Shown here: positions 1 through 14,424 of the stretch, piece after piece
How positions within the stretch are numbered: position 1 is the first letter of the stretch
How the letters are laid out: every line of letters starts with the position of its first letter
Origin: Octopus vulgaris
Taxonomy: Eukaryota
Direction: 5' to 3'
Length of the DNA stretch: 64,000 bases
Assembly: GCA_951406725.2 (NCBI GenBank)
Contig: OX597830.1
Coordinates: 28,582,001 to 28,646,000 of the forward strand
The notes under the pieces: generated by a model
Seen by the model: only the letters and a program-made list of their open reading frames with translations
What the model was told of the DNA's origin: nothing
Databases searched by the model: none
Made by a program: the position numbers and the translations under genes

Positions 1-53
1 TGGAATGCCGCTAAGCTTTTTTCCTCGGCGTGTTAACGATCCTGCCAGCTCGT
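1..53 (-). mobile_element. SINE family B, 5' head (truncated by window edge)
   Basis: Reverse complement reads gacgagctggcaggatcgttaacacgccgaggaaaaaagcttagcggcatt, matching the heads at 13963 and 25552. Confidence 0.75.
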
Positions 54-136
54 CAAAAAAAAAAAAAAGAAACAGTAAGAAACCCTTTATATCAAAACTA
101 AGGGCCTGATAAAACAACAAAAAGAAATAATTTATA

Positions 137-281
137 GGCACAGGAGTGGTTGCGTGGTAAGTAGGTTCCTTAGCAACCATATGATACTGCGTGGCATCTT
201 GGGCAACTGTCTTCTACTATAGACTCGGGCCGACCAAAGCCTTGTGAGTGGATTTGTTAGTCGGAAACTGAAAGAAGCCTG

Positions 282-328
<47 letters not shown>

Positions 329-560
329 CATGTATGTGTGTTATATGTTTGTGTGTCTGTGTTTGTCCCCCACCCCCAACATCGCTTGACAACCGATGCT
401 GGTGTATTTACGTCCCCGTAACTTAGCGGTTCGGCAAAAGAGAATGGTAGAATAAGTACTAGGCTTACAAAGAATAAGTCCTGGGGTCGATTTGCTCGAC
501 TAAAAAGGCGGCACTCCAGTATATCCGCAGTCAAATGACTGAAACAAGTAAAAGAGAGAG
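137..560 (+). mobile_element. SINE family A (tRNA-like head, CORE-like motif, internal TA/TG microsatellite), near full length
   Basis: Head ggcacaggagtggttgcgtggtaag, CORE-like gcatcttgggcaactgt, tail aaggcggcactccag...cagtcaaatgactgaaacaagtaaaaga. Collinear with the copy at 24667-25130 (-). Confidence 0.9.
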
Positions 561-1072
561 AAATGTGGTCTCAAGTCTATTGCGCCTGTGTAAACATTAT
601 GACGAGTACGGACGGAACACTTGTTCTTATCAGAGATTTGCTCGATCATAGATACTTGGGGCAAAGTAAAACCAGCAACAACAACAAGAGTAAAGAACAA
701 CAAAACATTAGATAGCTTTACAATAGAAATTCACATTTGAAGCTACTGTAAGCCCAGAAACAAACTTTTATTATCTATGTTATTGAAAAAAAAAGGGCTT
801 TTCACCCGAAGTATAGTATAATTAAATGCTTAAGGGAAAGGTTATATCTTAGCTGTTATACATGTCTTTATGATTTAATATTTTCCCCCAACGCATTAAA
901 ATGGATATCTAAATCACAGCTTTTAATAATCTGCACTGCTTCAAGCAAACTACAACTCTCCCTTAACCCCACTTTCTCTTTCAATATACATACATACACA
1001 CATACATGCACGCATAATACACACACACACATATATATATATATATTAATATCAATATATATATATTTATAT

Positions 1073-1130
<58 letters not shown>

Positions 1131-1603
1131 GCTTACAATTTCATACATGCCCAACGAATATCAAATTTTAGTATTAAGTTTTTTTTTTAAGCTATAAAAG
1201 TCGGGGTGCATGTGGATGAAAATAACACGGGGAGTAAATGTTGAAATAAATTTGCTGTTTAAATTGATATATAGATATTGATCAGGTCTTGAGTATGATG
1301 TCAAGTTTGTAACAATTCCAACAAGGGTGACATTACCGTAGAAGAACGAAAATAATATTGGTGAACATGAAATATATTTCCCCACTTGCTCACATTGTAT
1401 TTTTTTTTGAGAAAGTCAGAAATATATTTATTCATACGTACATAAATACATACATTCATACATACATACATACATGTATGCGTGTGTGTATGTGTGTATG
1501 ATGTGCCGGGTCCTTTGTTCACGTTAAGTGTAAACGTGGACAAAGATATACAGTATATATGTATGAATACACAAACACTTATCGCCACACAAATCGATGT
1601 AAG

Positions 1604-1648
<45 letters not shown>

Positions 1649-1693
1649 CTATATATACGAATATATATATATGTATCTATATATATGAATATA

Positions 1694-1734
<41 letters not shown>

Positions 1735-1821
1735 GTGTATATATATGTATATATGTACACACAAACACACACACACATTTATATATATATATATATACAT
1801 GTGCGTATATATATATACAAG

Positions 1822-1882
<61 letters not shown>

Positions 1883-2469
1883 TTAAATAAAGTACGTATG
1901 TATGGATTCATGCATACATGCATACATATATGAATTTTTCTATTTCGATGGATAGATATGTTGAGACTGGCTTGGAAGTATTTACATATCTACCGCTATT
2001 TCTATAAATTGTAATATGCTATTCATTCCTTAAAACGGTAAGAATTGTTTAGGAAATGGTTTTCTCATTACTAAAAGAAGATTTCTCTAACAGCCTCATA
2101 TGCTCTGGAATATTTCTCTCTTTTTTTTCCCCCCTTCTATTTTATTTCTCATATTTTTATTAGCATTGCTATTTTTGTATTTTTTTTTTGTTTTGAAAAA
2201 AAAAAAACACTTTTTTCTATCCTTTTTGCGACCATTCCTGTTTTCCATCAAATTCTTTTTTTCGACTTTTTTTTAGTCACATTTTCAATTTGTGTACATG
2301 TGGATATGTGAATGCATGTATCTGCTTTTGTATATATACACAGATGAATATACGTGTATATGTGTGAGTGAATCAATTCTATGCATACGGTTGGGCATAT
2401 TATAGTTTTTTTTTATCATCACTCTTTTCTTATTATTCATATTATCGTAATTTTTGCTATTGATATTAT

Positions 2470-2878
2470 TAATATTATTATATCATCATCATCGTCGTCG
2501 TCATCATCATCATCATCATCATCACCATCACCAGCATTCTTCTTATTATTATTCCAGCTGTTATTTGTTTTTCTTTCTTCTTCGTCTTCATCTTCTTCAT
2601 TTTCCTCTTCATCTCCTCCTCCTCCTCCTCCTCCCTCTTCTTTTTCTTCTCCTTCTTCATCTCCTCCTCCTCCTCCTCCCTCTTCTTTTTCTTCTCCTTC
2701 TTCTTCTTCTTCTTCTTCTTCTTCTTCTTCTTCTTCTACCACTACCATTTCGATTTTGCCTTTCTGTACCTATTTCCCCTCTTCCTCTTTCTTTGTGGGC
2801 TTCTTTCTCCTCTTCCAGTTATTTTTATTGCTTTTATCATCATCATCATCCTCATCCTCACCATGACTATTATTGTTA

Positions 2879-2942
<64 letters not shown>

Positions 2943-3090
2943 CGTCATCATCATAATCATCATCGTCGTCGTCATCGTCGTCGTCATCATCATTGACATC
3001 GTCATCATCATCGTCGTCGTCGTCGTCATCATCATCGCCATCATCATCAACAACAACGACAAGAACAATAACAACAAATTCATCTTCAAC
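2470..3090. repeat. Compound trinucleotide microsatellite block (ATC/GTC/TTC/TCC/ATT/AAC)
   Basis: Directly visible. It includes a ~50-bp tandem duplication at about 2607-2703 and explains the poly-S/P/H/I ORFs. Confidence 0.95.
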
Positions 3091-3365
3091 TACGGGTTTT
3101 ATTGCTTTTGTTCTTGTGGTTAATAATACATATATATATACATATATCTATCTATCTATCTATCTACACACACAGACACACACACATGCACATACTTATA
3201 TATATTTCGAATATTTTTGTATTTCTTGTGTTATTTGTTTATTTTTTTATTACTATTATTTGTAAGTAACAATCAATGTTCAATGTTCATAAAGATTGAA
3301 GATGTAGCAAGGAACACCATCTGAGGCATGTACCAAAATTGACACTTAGGGAAAAGCAATGTTAT

Positions 3366-3390
3366 GTTATTATTATTATTATTATTATTA

Positions 3391-3439
<49 letters not shown>

Positions 3440-3485
3440 CATCATTATTATTATTATTATTATTATCATCATCATCATCATCATT
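3366..3485. repeat. (ATT/ATC)n microsatellite
   Basis: Directly visible. Confidence 0.95.
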
Positions 3486-5235
3486 GGTTACGTTTTCCTT
3501 TTGAGCTCTAAAATTTTCTACTATTTGTCTTTATAAATTTTCTTTTATTTCAAAAACAATTTTTTATATTTTTTTCCTTTTCATTTCCTCCATTCCCTCT
3601 ACACCACTTCTCTTTTGTTCGAAACTAGTTTCTTAATTCTTAATTCCTCCTATCCTCTATATAAAAAAAAATTGCTATATACATATATGTATAATATATA
3701 TGCACACAGACACACATATATATATGTTCATATATATAAAAAATAAAAGTGTGTGTGTATATATATATATGTATATGTGTGTGTGTGTGTATGTTTTCTC
3801 ACACACGTACGCACACAAACATATAATACATCATGTTAGCATACATGTGTGTAAGTACACCGTCGTATGTTTAAACAGATATCCATATGTGGCTAAGTGT
3901 ACGTCTGTAATCGTATCTATGTGTATGTATACATGCATTTTTTTCTACTCTGGAATAGGGTGGGAAATATATTATATTACCGTTTGCTTTCTTGGTTGAA
4001 CATTGTGGGAATATGATGCTAGGGATGATGAAGGTAGAAAAATAAGAAACATTATAAAGAGTCAATGTAATAGGAGCACAGATAAGGGAATCTCTCTGTT
4101 TCTGGATGAAATGACACATTAAAGACACACAGACATTCACACATATGCAAAGTCCCATATTTATACTTCTTCACACATACATGTATACATACATAAATAC
4201 ATATATATGTGCTTCTGTGTGTGTGTGTGTATATGTATACACAATTTAATTTATAGATTGGTGTGTTTGCATTTATATAGATGTCCGTATGTGTATGTCT
4301 TAGAATGTATGTGCATATAGGTAATACTTTGTGTGTGTGACAATGTGTTAGTATGTGGGTTTGCTTGCACATGTATATGTATTTGTTATTGTGTGAGTAA
4401 TGTGTATATCCTTTTATATTTATATATCTCAATGTGCGAACGCAATCTTGCGTACACGTAAGTCAGTATGTGTATTCTGAAGTATACGTATGGTGTTGTG
4501 TTGAGAAACAGATAAGTAAAATAAGTGTACGTTTTAAACTACATTCATAGAATTCACAGGAATTCTTTGAAATTCGAAGAATTTACATAGTTTTTTCTTT
4601 TTTTAGGAATTTCCTCTCCCCAACATATTTTTTAACGTTACTTCATTTTCTATTATTTCCTTAATTTTTGTCGTTTTATTTTCGATTTTGATATACGAAT
4701 GTATTTTTTCTTTTAAACATAATACGAGCACATTCGCAGTAAATTTTGTTGTTGTCGTTGAAATATGTAAAAATGTACATAGGTGTACTTAATTTAATAT
4801 ACATATGACAAAATCATTCAATGCAAAAATTCTGAAATGGGCCCAAATCACAGGTTACATCCCCCACGCCACCACCTATGGATATACACATGAAATTTAT
4901 GTAGCCAAGTCTTATAAAGCCATATGCATTTACAAAGCCATATGCATTTATATATAAACATACATACATATATAAATATATAAATGTATACACACACATA
5001 TATATGTGTTTGTGTGTGTGTCTTTGTGTGTATACAGATATATATATGTGTGTGTGTATGTGTGTGTGTGTATGCTTGTTTAGTATATTTGTATATTTAT
5101 AGATATATATGTATTTATATATATTTGTATATATGTATGTCTAGTGAACTGACTAAGTGTATATATATTCATATATGTACTTATACATATATATATATAT
5201 GTGTGTATATGAATATGTATACCTTTACATGTATA

Positions 5236-5271
<36 letters not shown>

Positions 5272-6054
5272 TGTATGTATGCACATGCATGTTTATCTAT
5301 GTTTGTATGTGTACATGTAATGTATTCTACATTGAATATGAGAATATGAGCATTGTTTCAGAGATACATACATATATGTATATATATAATACAAATTAAA
5401 AAATATGTAAGTGTTTCGTGAGTACTTGTGTTTTGGAATAATCATTCCGCGGGACAATGTCATTGCAATGTTATTTTAATGCACTATTTCTAGACAGTTA
5501 CTCCTAAAAGCTTTATATACCTCTATATGTATGCTGCGCTACCTTTTTAGTACGTTGATATTGTGCGTGAATGTATAATGTATGAATATATACGTACCCC
5601 CATCTGCTTCCCCATATATATATATAAATATATATGTATATATGTGTGTGTGTGTGTATGATGCCATGCAGGTTTTTTCACTATTGTAAATCTGTGTGTT
5701 AATATTTTCTAAGCAAAATGTCACCGATATAATCGAGTTGAATTAATGAAGATGGAGAGAAGAAGACAATGAGATTGAAAAAAAAGCGAAGAAAAGAATG
5801 AAAAAGGGTAAAAACGCTTCACACAATTCGATTCTAGAAATAGTGGAGTGAATATAATGGAACTGCTCTGATTAGGTCTTGCAATCTCTGTGGCGACTTG
5901 ATGCATTTTCTGTTAGTTGTATGTAGGTTTTTGGGCATTGTTTCAGGGTCTGGATATGCTGCGATTTCAATTAGAATTGTTCGGATAAAAATCTTTGTAG
6001 GAGCCACAGGCCACAAATTTATATGCATGTGCATTTGTGTATATGTGTGCGTGC

Positions 6055-6085
<31 letters not shown>

Positions 6086-6360
6086 GCGTACACGCATATG
6101 TGCACGTGTGCGATTATGTATATACATTCATGCATATGTATACATACACACATACAGACACACAAGTATATATACACATTCGCATGAATAAAAACATATA
6201 TATATATATATATATATATATGAATACATATGTAAAATTGTATATAGATATATATACCTACATATATATATATACATACGTATTTATATATATATTTAAG
6301 TATATATTTCTCATATATATACATATACACATATATATATATTATATATATATATATGTA

Positions 6361-6413
<53 letters not shown>

Positions 6414-6835
6414 GCCTACATACATACAAGCGTGCATACACATAGATCACACACATATATGAGTGCATGTAGTAATAATATTTGTCATTAACACATGATT
6501 TCTTCTCATCGGCTTCATTAACAATGCATTGCCAGTATGACTTGATGTTCCACCGATACACGTTATTGAAATCCATATTGTAGATATGATTACCATTGCC
6601 ATACAAAAACATTGTACGCTGTACGCACACGAACGCTTGTAGATAACAACCCAAATAAAACAATGATATTAACAATGAAACATATGACACACACAGACCT
6701 ATATCCATATACTCGTACGGATATTAGGCCATATTGACACATGCTCACACACACACACACAAACACTCGCACGCACACACAAACATACGCACACATACAA
6801 GCAGACACGCATACACACATATATATACATATAAT

Positions 6836-6984
6836 GGCGTGGCAGTGTGGCAAGTAGCTTTCTTACCAACCACATGCTTCCAAGTTCAGTCCCGCTGCGT
6901 GGTACCTTGGCCAAGTGCCTTCTACTATAGCCACGGGACAACCAAATCCCTGTGAGTGGATTTGGTTTACGGAAACTGAAAGAC
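6836..6984 (+). mobile_element. SINE family A, 5' half
   Basis: ggcgtggcagtgtggcaagtagct...ggtaccttggccaagtgccttctactatag...ggaaactgaaag matches 137-280. Confidence 0.85.
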
Positions 6985-7030
6985 AGTGTTGAAGCTATCA
7001 AAGGTAGCTAGTAGTTCGTCCTTGAGCGCG

Positions 7031-7208
<178 letters not shown>

Positions 7209-7411
7209 GCTTTCTCTCCTTTTACGATCCCTTTTTATCGACCCCCCCCTTTTTTTTTACCTCCAAAAGAAAAGCTCTACCTTGTAATTTGCTCTATCTG
7301 TGTGCAGCCCTGTGTGGCTAATAAAGAAACATATCTATCTATCTATCTATCTATTTATCTATCTATCTATCCAACTATACACACACACACACACAAATAT
7401 ATGTATACATA

Positions 7412-7955
7412 CATGCAGGAAGTAAATGGACACAATAAGCGTCTAAATAAATTTTCAGCGGTTTAGATTTTACAACGTTATTATTCTTTCTCATTCCAGG
7501 TGCCATTATATTAAACATTTGCGAAGAGTAACAATGCCACGCACAAAAAGTTCACCAGAACCCTCAGATTTTCAAAGAGGTCGTATGGTTAGACAATCTG
7601 AAGCTGTACTTAGCCAGCGGAAAATTGCCGAAAATCTTCGAATTCCTCTTGCTACTGTTAATAGAATTATAGTGCAATACAAAAGCCAAGGAAAAGAATC
7701 AACAGATTCTCGTCCCGGCCGACCTGGCCCCTCGGAAATGTAGCTTTGCTGTTTGAAGAGAATTGTGGAAAACGAACCCCGTTCAAGGCTTCTGGCATTG
7801 CAAAACAGCTAGAAGTTAGTACAAGAACGTGTGTTGCATATCTGCATAAGCTTGGGCTATTATGGACGAGCAGCTAGGAGAAAACCTCTCCTTCAACCTA
7901 TTAACATCAAATAAAAGAGTTTGAAAATTAAAGTTGTCTATTTACTTCCTGCATG
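7412..7955 (+). mobile_element. Internally deleted Tc1-family DNA transposon
   Basis: TIRs catgcaggaagtaaatggaca (7412) and tgtctatttacttcctgcatg (7955), with TA on the left. Transposase N-terminus from ATG 7534 (MPRTK...SDFQRGRMV...[19 protein letters not shown]...RPGRP), then GYYGRAARRKPLL after a stop and frameshifts. The DDE domain is absent. Confidence 0.88.
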
Positions 7956-7965
7956 TCTGTGTATA

Positions 7966-8001
<36 letters not shown>

Positions 8002-8066
8002 CTATATTATGTAAAATATGGTTTTGCAGATGTATTAATACTCTCGCAAACTTAAAGGTTACACGA

Positions 8067-8149
<83 letters not shown>

Positions 8150-8192
8150 CTTTGTGTGCCTGTAATTGTGTATTAGTGTGTTTCTGTTTTAA

Positions 8193-8233
<41 letters not shown>

Positions 8234-8959
8234 CTTCTATATCGTAGCATTATACATGTACTTACTAAATCCCAAACAAACGGTATATTTTGCATTAAAA
8301 TTTTGTAATTGTAATGTTGTAATAAATCGTACCCTTTCTAGTTTATGAATCTCCTTTTAATGGTTATCAAACTCTTATCACTTCTACGTTAGCACTGTTT
8401 CATTTACATTGGTGCTCAACGAAATGCAGAGGTTATCACCGCCGCAGTCTTTAGATTTCAACAAATACTTTTATTTACGTATTTCCCAATAGATTTGTAC
8501 ATAGATACTTTCGTTTGTTTGTGTCTTTAAAATTGTATAAAAGATTATTACAAAATTGATTTCTGTTGCTATCAATGCTCTCCTGTCTAGCCGGAGATAA
8601 TTATAGCCAGCTCGATACGCCTGTAATTGTACAAAGTTTTTCAAAAGAAATATCATATTGTTATTCGTACGATACGTTAGTATACTTGTTCCATACATAC
8701 ACTCACACAGACACATATTCACACACACATACTCAGATTTGAGTATAAGCAAAAGTTACAATTTCGTTTGCTTGTACGTATGTATCCAGTAATTAGCATT
8801 TTATCTAGCAGCCAATATACATATGTTTAATGTATGTTCTATATTTTAGGCGTTAATTTAAAATCAACTTGTTAAAATTTCTCTCCTGTAATGTTTGTTT
8901 TGCACATACAAAATCCCACACACATACACACACACTCACACGCTCCCACACAAGCACGA

Positions 8960-9006
<47 letters not shown>

Positions 9007-9054
9007 ATGTGATGTAATGATTATTTATGAATATATCAATGGCCAATAGTCTTA

Positions 9055-9123
<69 letters not shown>

Positions 9124-9150
9124 ATATATATATATGTATATTGCTTTTAA

Positions 9151-9350
9151 CTTTTATTTCTTTCAATCATTAGATTGCGGCCATACTGGGGCACCAAATT
9201 GAAGTACTTTTAGTCAAATGAATGAATCGATATGCGTAATTGTTTGAAGCCTGGTATTTATTCTATGGGTCTCTGTTGCCGAACAACCAAGATACGCTTA
9301 CGTATACACACCAACACCCGTTATTAAGCGGTGCTGGGGGACACGCAGAC
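9151..9350 (-). mobile_element. SINE family A, degenerate 3' half
   Basis: Reverse complement contains ggtgccccagtatggccgcaatctaatgattgaaagaaataaaag (family A tail). Confidence 0.7.
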
Positions 9351-9363
9351 AGAAATTCAGACA

Positions 9364-9494
<131 letters not shown>

Positions 9495-9505
9495 GGATGG
9501 ATATA

Positions 9506-9597
<92 letters not shown>

Positions 9598-9598
9598 G

Positions 9599-9632
<34 letters not shown>

Positions 9633-9671
9633 AAGAAACAGAAACTCCAACGAAGTTATACCATTTATACA

Positions 9672-10197
9672 GAAAGATATTATCTGTAATAAAATATAGG
9701 TTTAAAGATATTAATATTGTACTAAAAATTACTATACTGATTAACACATATTAAAACGACTATGCACGTTTTGTAACGATATATCTCAATCGACTATATC
9801 AAAAACGATAACCTCCCCTACATTGGAATTCATATAAATAGAGGACATAATTTATTCAGTAGCCACGTTTAATTTGTGGAGTTAACTGGTACTCATCAGT
9901 AAGATATTTTATGATTCTACTGTTAAAATTATCGATTATTTCTAAATTTATAGTTTAATTATAATGTCTATTTATGTTGTAAACTTATTTTATGTTATTT
10001 AGACATGAAGAGTGGCTATGTATCGTTGGATCGAATTAACATTAATTTTTGAGATTATCTGTTTTGATATAGTCGATTCAAATATATCGTCACGAAACCC
10101 GCGTAGTCATTTTAATGTGTATTATCTAGTATAGTACGTTTTAGTACATTAGTAATAATATCTTTAGATTTATGTTTTATTATAGATAATACCTTTC
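9672..10197. repeat. ~145-bp inverted repeat pair (9672-9815 / 10051-10197), probable Penelope-like element remnant
   Basis: Arms align as reverse complements (gaaag.tattatct.taataaaa...cgatatat...aatcgactatatcaaaa). The spacer has ctgatgag...aaacgtg...aataaa on the minus strand. Confidence 0.7.
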
Positions 10198-10310
10198 ACT
10201 ATTAATTGAATTCTCTATCAAACTATCTATCTATCTATCTATCTATCTATCAATCTATATATATATACATATAAATATACTTATACATGTACATATATAA
10301 TTACACACAC

Positions 10311-10357
10311 ATATATGGTTGGGTACCAAGCTTCTTACCACACAGCCACGTCTGTGC
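10311..10357 (-). mobile_element. SINE family A head fragment
   Basis: Reverse complement ggcacagacgtggctgtgtggtaagaagcttgg. Confidence 0.65.
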
Positions 10358-10483
10358 CTAAGTACACACACACACATTGACACACACACACACATAAACG
10401 GACACACACGCATGCACACACAAGCACACACACATGTGTATATACGACATATTGACATTCTATATTTTGAGTTAGCTCCACTT

Positions 10484-10510
<27 letters not shown>

Positions 10511-10514
<4 letters not shown>

Positions 10515-11354
10515 GTGATGGGTAAATTGTCTCCATTTTATACTTTTAATTTCACCCACGTTTTTGATTTTGTCGACTACACAATACATTTGGACACCGT
10601 ATGTGGAAACAACAGCATTATGATGCAATTCTCTCTGCCAGTATTTGGAAATTATGTACTGCTTGGCACTCGCACCGGAAGCTTCAATTGTAACTTGCCA
10701 GAGTTTTTCTGTGTCAATATGAGAACAGTGCAATCTGAGGACATGTACCAAGTGTGATAGCAATCAAACATCCGGTCAATATCATGGTGTTTGGACTGTA
10801 GTGATGGTGGCGTTACGCCTCCATTCATCTCTTCCCACAGGGCATCAGGCTCAATGCGCAGGCCTACATGAAATCCCTGGACGAGGTAGTGCTGCTCTGA
10901 GTAAAGAGGGTGCCTGCTGATAGACCCTGTGTCTGGCAACAGGAATCTGCACCATGCAACACAATCAGGAGAACTTATCAGACAATTTCTGTGATCACAT
11001 CACACATAAAATCTGGCCCCCTACCTCCCCAGACTGCAACTCACTTGAATATTATGTGTGGGTCGCTGTTGAGCGAGAAACCAACAAAACTCCTTATAAC
11101 ACCTAAGATGGACTTAAGCAAGGATTATGGCAGTATTCACCAACATAAGCAAGGAAACTGTCCAGAAGAATTTCAGGAGATTCCGAAGTCGTCTGGAGGC
11201 CGTGGTTGATGGCAATGTCGATTTTATAGAATCAATTTACTCTTTAGTATTTCAAGATATTTTTATATAATTTTAGTAAATACATTTGTTAAAATGAGGC
11301 ATCCGTGTTATTTTCAATTTTGCGTAATTTAGACACTTTATTCACCGCACCCTC
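10511..11354 (+). mobile_element. Degenerate Tc1/mariner superfamily transposon (maT/DD37D-like)
   Basis: Fragmented frames give KHPVNIMVFG, DGGVTPPFIFPQGIRLNAQAY, WQQESAPCN and WPPTSPDCNSLEYYVW. Right TIR agacactttattcaccgcaccctc followed by TA; partial left TIR gtgatgggtaaattgtct. Confidence 0.8.
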
Positions 11355-11973
11355 TATGTATATATACACATACGTAAATACACTCACACACATATATATA
11401 CACACACATACAGACATATATACGTTCGTGTGTGTAGGTATATCTATTTATTTGTGTACACACACATACAAACACACACGCACACACACACATGCACGCA
11501 CACACACACATATATATTCTATGCACTGATAGCTTGTTGAACTGATGATTCAGTATATTTCTTACACGACATATTTTCAGCTCATCCATATATCACCAAT
11601 ATGGGAGCCGATTACATATATTATTATTAAATGAGCCGAGATTGATATCGTCTGAACTAATGCACTATATCGAAGGCTTTTAGGGCGAAAATATCGTACG
11701 TGGGATTGTCTTAATCATATATATGCCGTACCTACTTTCACTTGAAAGTGAACCATGTAACTTTGACTTTTATAAATACTTCATCACCATGCAGTGATTT
11801 CAGATAGTTCAGATGGAAATTTATTGAGTTCTAACTATTGATAAGATAACGAAACTTTTGCTAAATCTGTCTCTCTCCACTTCTGCTGATACTATAAGCG
11901 GCAGCTTCATGGCACAATTGATATTTACCTACGCTTAGAATAATGTCATTTAGCGAGAAATACCTTATATCAT

Positions 11974-12266
11974 GCGGAGGCACATGACCTAGTGGTTAGA
12001 GCAGCGGATCTCGGGTTCGAATCTCAGACCGGGCGATTTGTGTGTTTATGGGCGAAACACCTATGCTCTACGCGAATCCGGCAGAAGGTAATGGCGAACT
12101 TCTGCTGACTCTTTCGCCACAACTTTCTCTCACTCTTTCCTCCTGCATCTTGCAGCTCACCTGCGACGGACCGGTGTCTCGTCCAGGTGGGGAACCTATA
12201 CGCCAAGGAAACCAGGAAACCGGCCCTATACTTCAGGTATGGCTTAAGAAGGAACAAACAACAACA
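11974..12266 (+). mobile_element. SINE family C (tRNA-derived head, V-domain-like core, (AAC)n tail) with 12-bp TSD
   Basis: A box tgacctagtgg, B box ggttcgaatc, core cctgcgacggaccggtgtctcgtccagg. TSD accttatatcat at 11962-11973 and 12267-12278. Confidence 0.9.
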
Positions 12267-12860
12267 ACCTTATATCATACACGTAATCATAGACACTACA
12301 GAGAACATCGAATTTCAACTGTCAGTTTATAAAACGCTTGTCCTGGAAAACGAAGAATCTCTTCTACATAAGTTCTCTATTTCATAACGATAGCGTATAT
12401 ATATATCACTTAACACAAACAAGCAGACTTTGAATACGGAAAGGACAAAATATGCAAGACTTTTGATAATATTATTGCTTCATCAGATTTCACGTGGACC
12501 TAAGCCCCCAATAGGAACGAGAACAAGACTTGTATAACTATTTATTTGCTATCCACAATTTTCATTGCTTCATGTGATCGCACTTGCGATACTAAGTAGA
12601 GCAGTACAATCGTACTAGTCCTATAAGGCTTGTACCGTTGCTTTACCTTACATCTACTATCAGTAGCGTAATTTCATTCTTCATATCCTATTAAAGAGTT
12701 AACTTATCCTACATGTACTATCTCATATACTAATGAGATTGAAGAGATTGTGCATAGCTTTTTTTCAGTAGAGTGACTCGGAGTTAATTGATATGTAAGC
12801 AGTGCGTGGTTCGTGTACGACAGACATTTGTGAATCTGATAATGGTACTTCATATCTTAC

Positions 12861-13093
12861 CATGTGGCGAGCTGACAGAAACGTTAGCACACCGGGCGAA
12901 ATGCTTAGTGATATTTCGTCTGCCGCTACGTTCTGAGTTCAAATTCCGCCGATGTCGATTTTGCCTTTCATCCTTCCGGGGTCGATTAAATAAGTACCAG
13001 TTACGTACTGGCGTCGATATAATCGACTTAATCCGTTTGTCTGCCCTTGTTTGTCCTCTCTGTGTTTAGCCCCTTGTGGGTAGTAAAGAAATA
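12861..13093 (+). mobile_element. SINE family B, 3'-truncated, with 17-bp TSD
   Basis: B box gagttcaaattcc, core gcctttcatccttccggggtcgattaaataagtaccag. TSD ggtacttcatatcttac at 12844-12860 and 13094-13110. Confidence 0.9.
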
Positions 13094-13829
13094 GGTACTT
13101 CATATCTTACTGTATGAATACAGATAGTTCAAAGACAGTTCAAGACAGTTCCACGGGCCTATATGAATCTCACTATTTCAAACTAATGTAGTTATTGGGA
13201 TTTATCAGGTATGCCAGTAATTCCTGATTCATTTGCCATAACCGACTCACAATGTCGACCCTGATTCAAATGTATACACATACATCCAGTTATAAGAAAG
13301 CAATACGAATCTATCTGAAACTCAGTATTTCAAAGTTGCTGTTTCTAGAGACATGTTTGCATCTTAGTTGCATTCATCGCAAATGTGTTGATGGACATGT
13401 TTCATAAATACCGTGTTATACTTGAATTCAATAACTAAAGTCTATGCAATTTCTTTGGTTTTCTCCTCAGTATGGATCAACATGAAAGTCATGTTGTATT
13501 GAAATGTCGGACTAAATTTGATTGATCTGTAGATCTAATAGTTTTCAGTACTTTTGATATAGAACACGTTGACAAACTCATGTATTATCAAGTGATATAT
13601 CTGCCTAAATACAGCTTCGCTCAGGACACCGATGATCGAAAGACACCTCATCGATTTTCCTCGGTGATTTTCCTGTTTGATGTTTCCAATTCATCTATTT
13701 TCCTCTGAGATGTACACTACCGGATATTCTGATCTTAGCCACCAAAAATGATACAGAGACCGAATCCGGCTAAAGATTCGCTTACATTTTGAACCAAACC
13801 CTGTTTTTATAACAAAACTCTTTTACCGT

Positions 13830-13945
13830 AGTTGCCTTTCATCCTTTCGGGGTCGATAAAATAAATACCTGTTGAGTATAGAGGTCGATGTATTCGACTG
13901 ACACCCTCCCACGAAATTATTTGGCTCTGGCCATATCTGAAATAA
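13830..13945 (+). mobile_element. SINE family B, 3' fragment
   Basis: ttgcctttcatcctttcggggtcgataaaataaatacc core. Confidence 0.8.
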
Positions 13946-13961
13946 ATATATATAAAACTGA

Positions 13962-14173
13962 AGGCGGTGAGCTGGCAGAAACGTTAGCACGGCCGGCGAA
14001 ATGATTAGCGGATTTCTTCTGTCTTTACGTTATCAGTTCAAATTACGCCGAGGTCGAATTTGGTTTTCATCCTTTCGGGGTCGATAAATTGAGTACCAGT
14101 TGCGTACTGGTGTCGATCTAAGCAACTGGCCCCCTCCCCCAAAATAACGGGCTTTGTGCCTAGAATAGAAAAG
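13962..14173 (+). mobile_element. SINE family B monomer with 15-bp TSD
   Basis: Full head and core. TSD aatatatataaaact at 13945-13959 and 14174-14188. Confidence 0.9.
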
Positions 14174-14424
14174 AATATATATAAAACTAATATCACATTT
14201 CGGGTCTATATGTTAAACTAGAACACCATAGACACTCACCCAACTGTACGAGATAGGAAATAATTGAAGCATTCTGTGTACGACCGAAAAAAGTAGAATC
14301 CATAAATTTTTTTTTAAAGTTTAAAAAAAAATTTCACTATCAATTTAAATATGTGATTAGACAAATACGGACATTGCAAATACTTTGGCAATCACCTAAC
14401 ACAAAACTAACTAAAAAAACATCC

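Noticed and set aside
2381-3265. Poly-Ser/Pro/His/Glu ORFs resembling low-complexity proteins
   Set aside because: Compound trinucleotide repeats open in several frames on both strands, with no splice or domain support.
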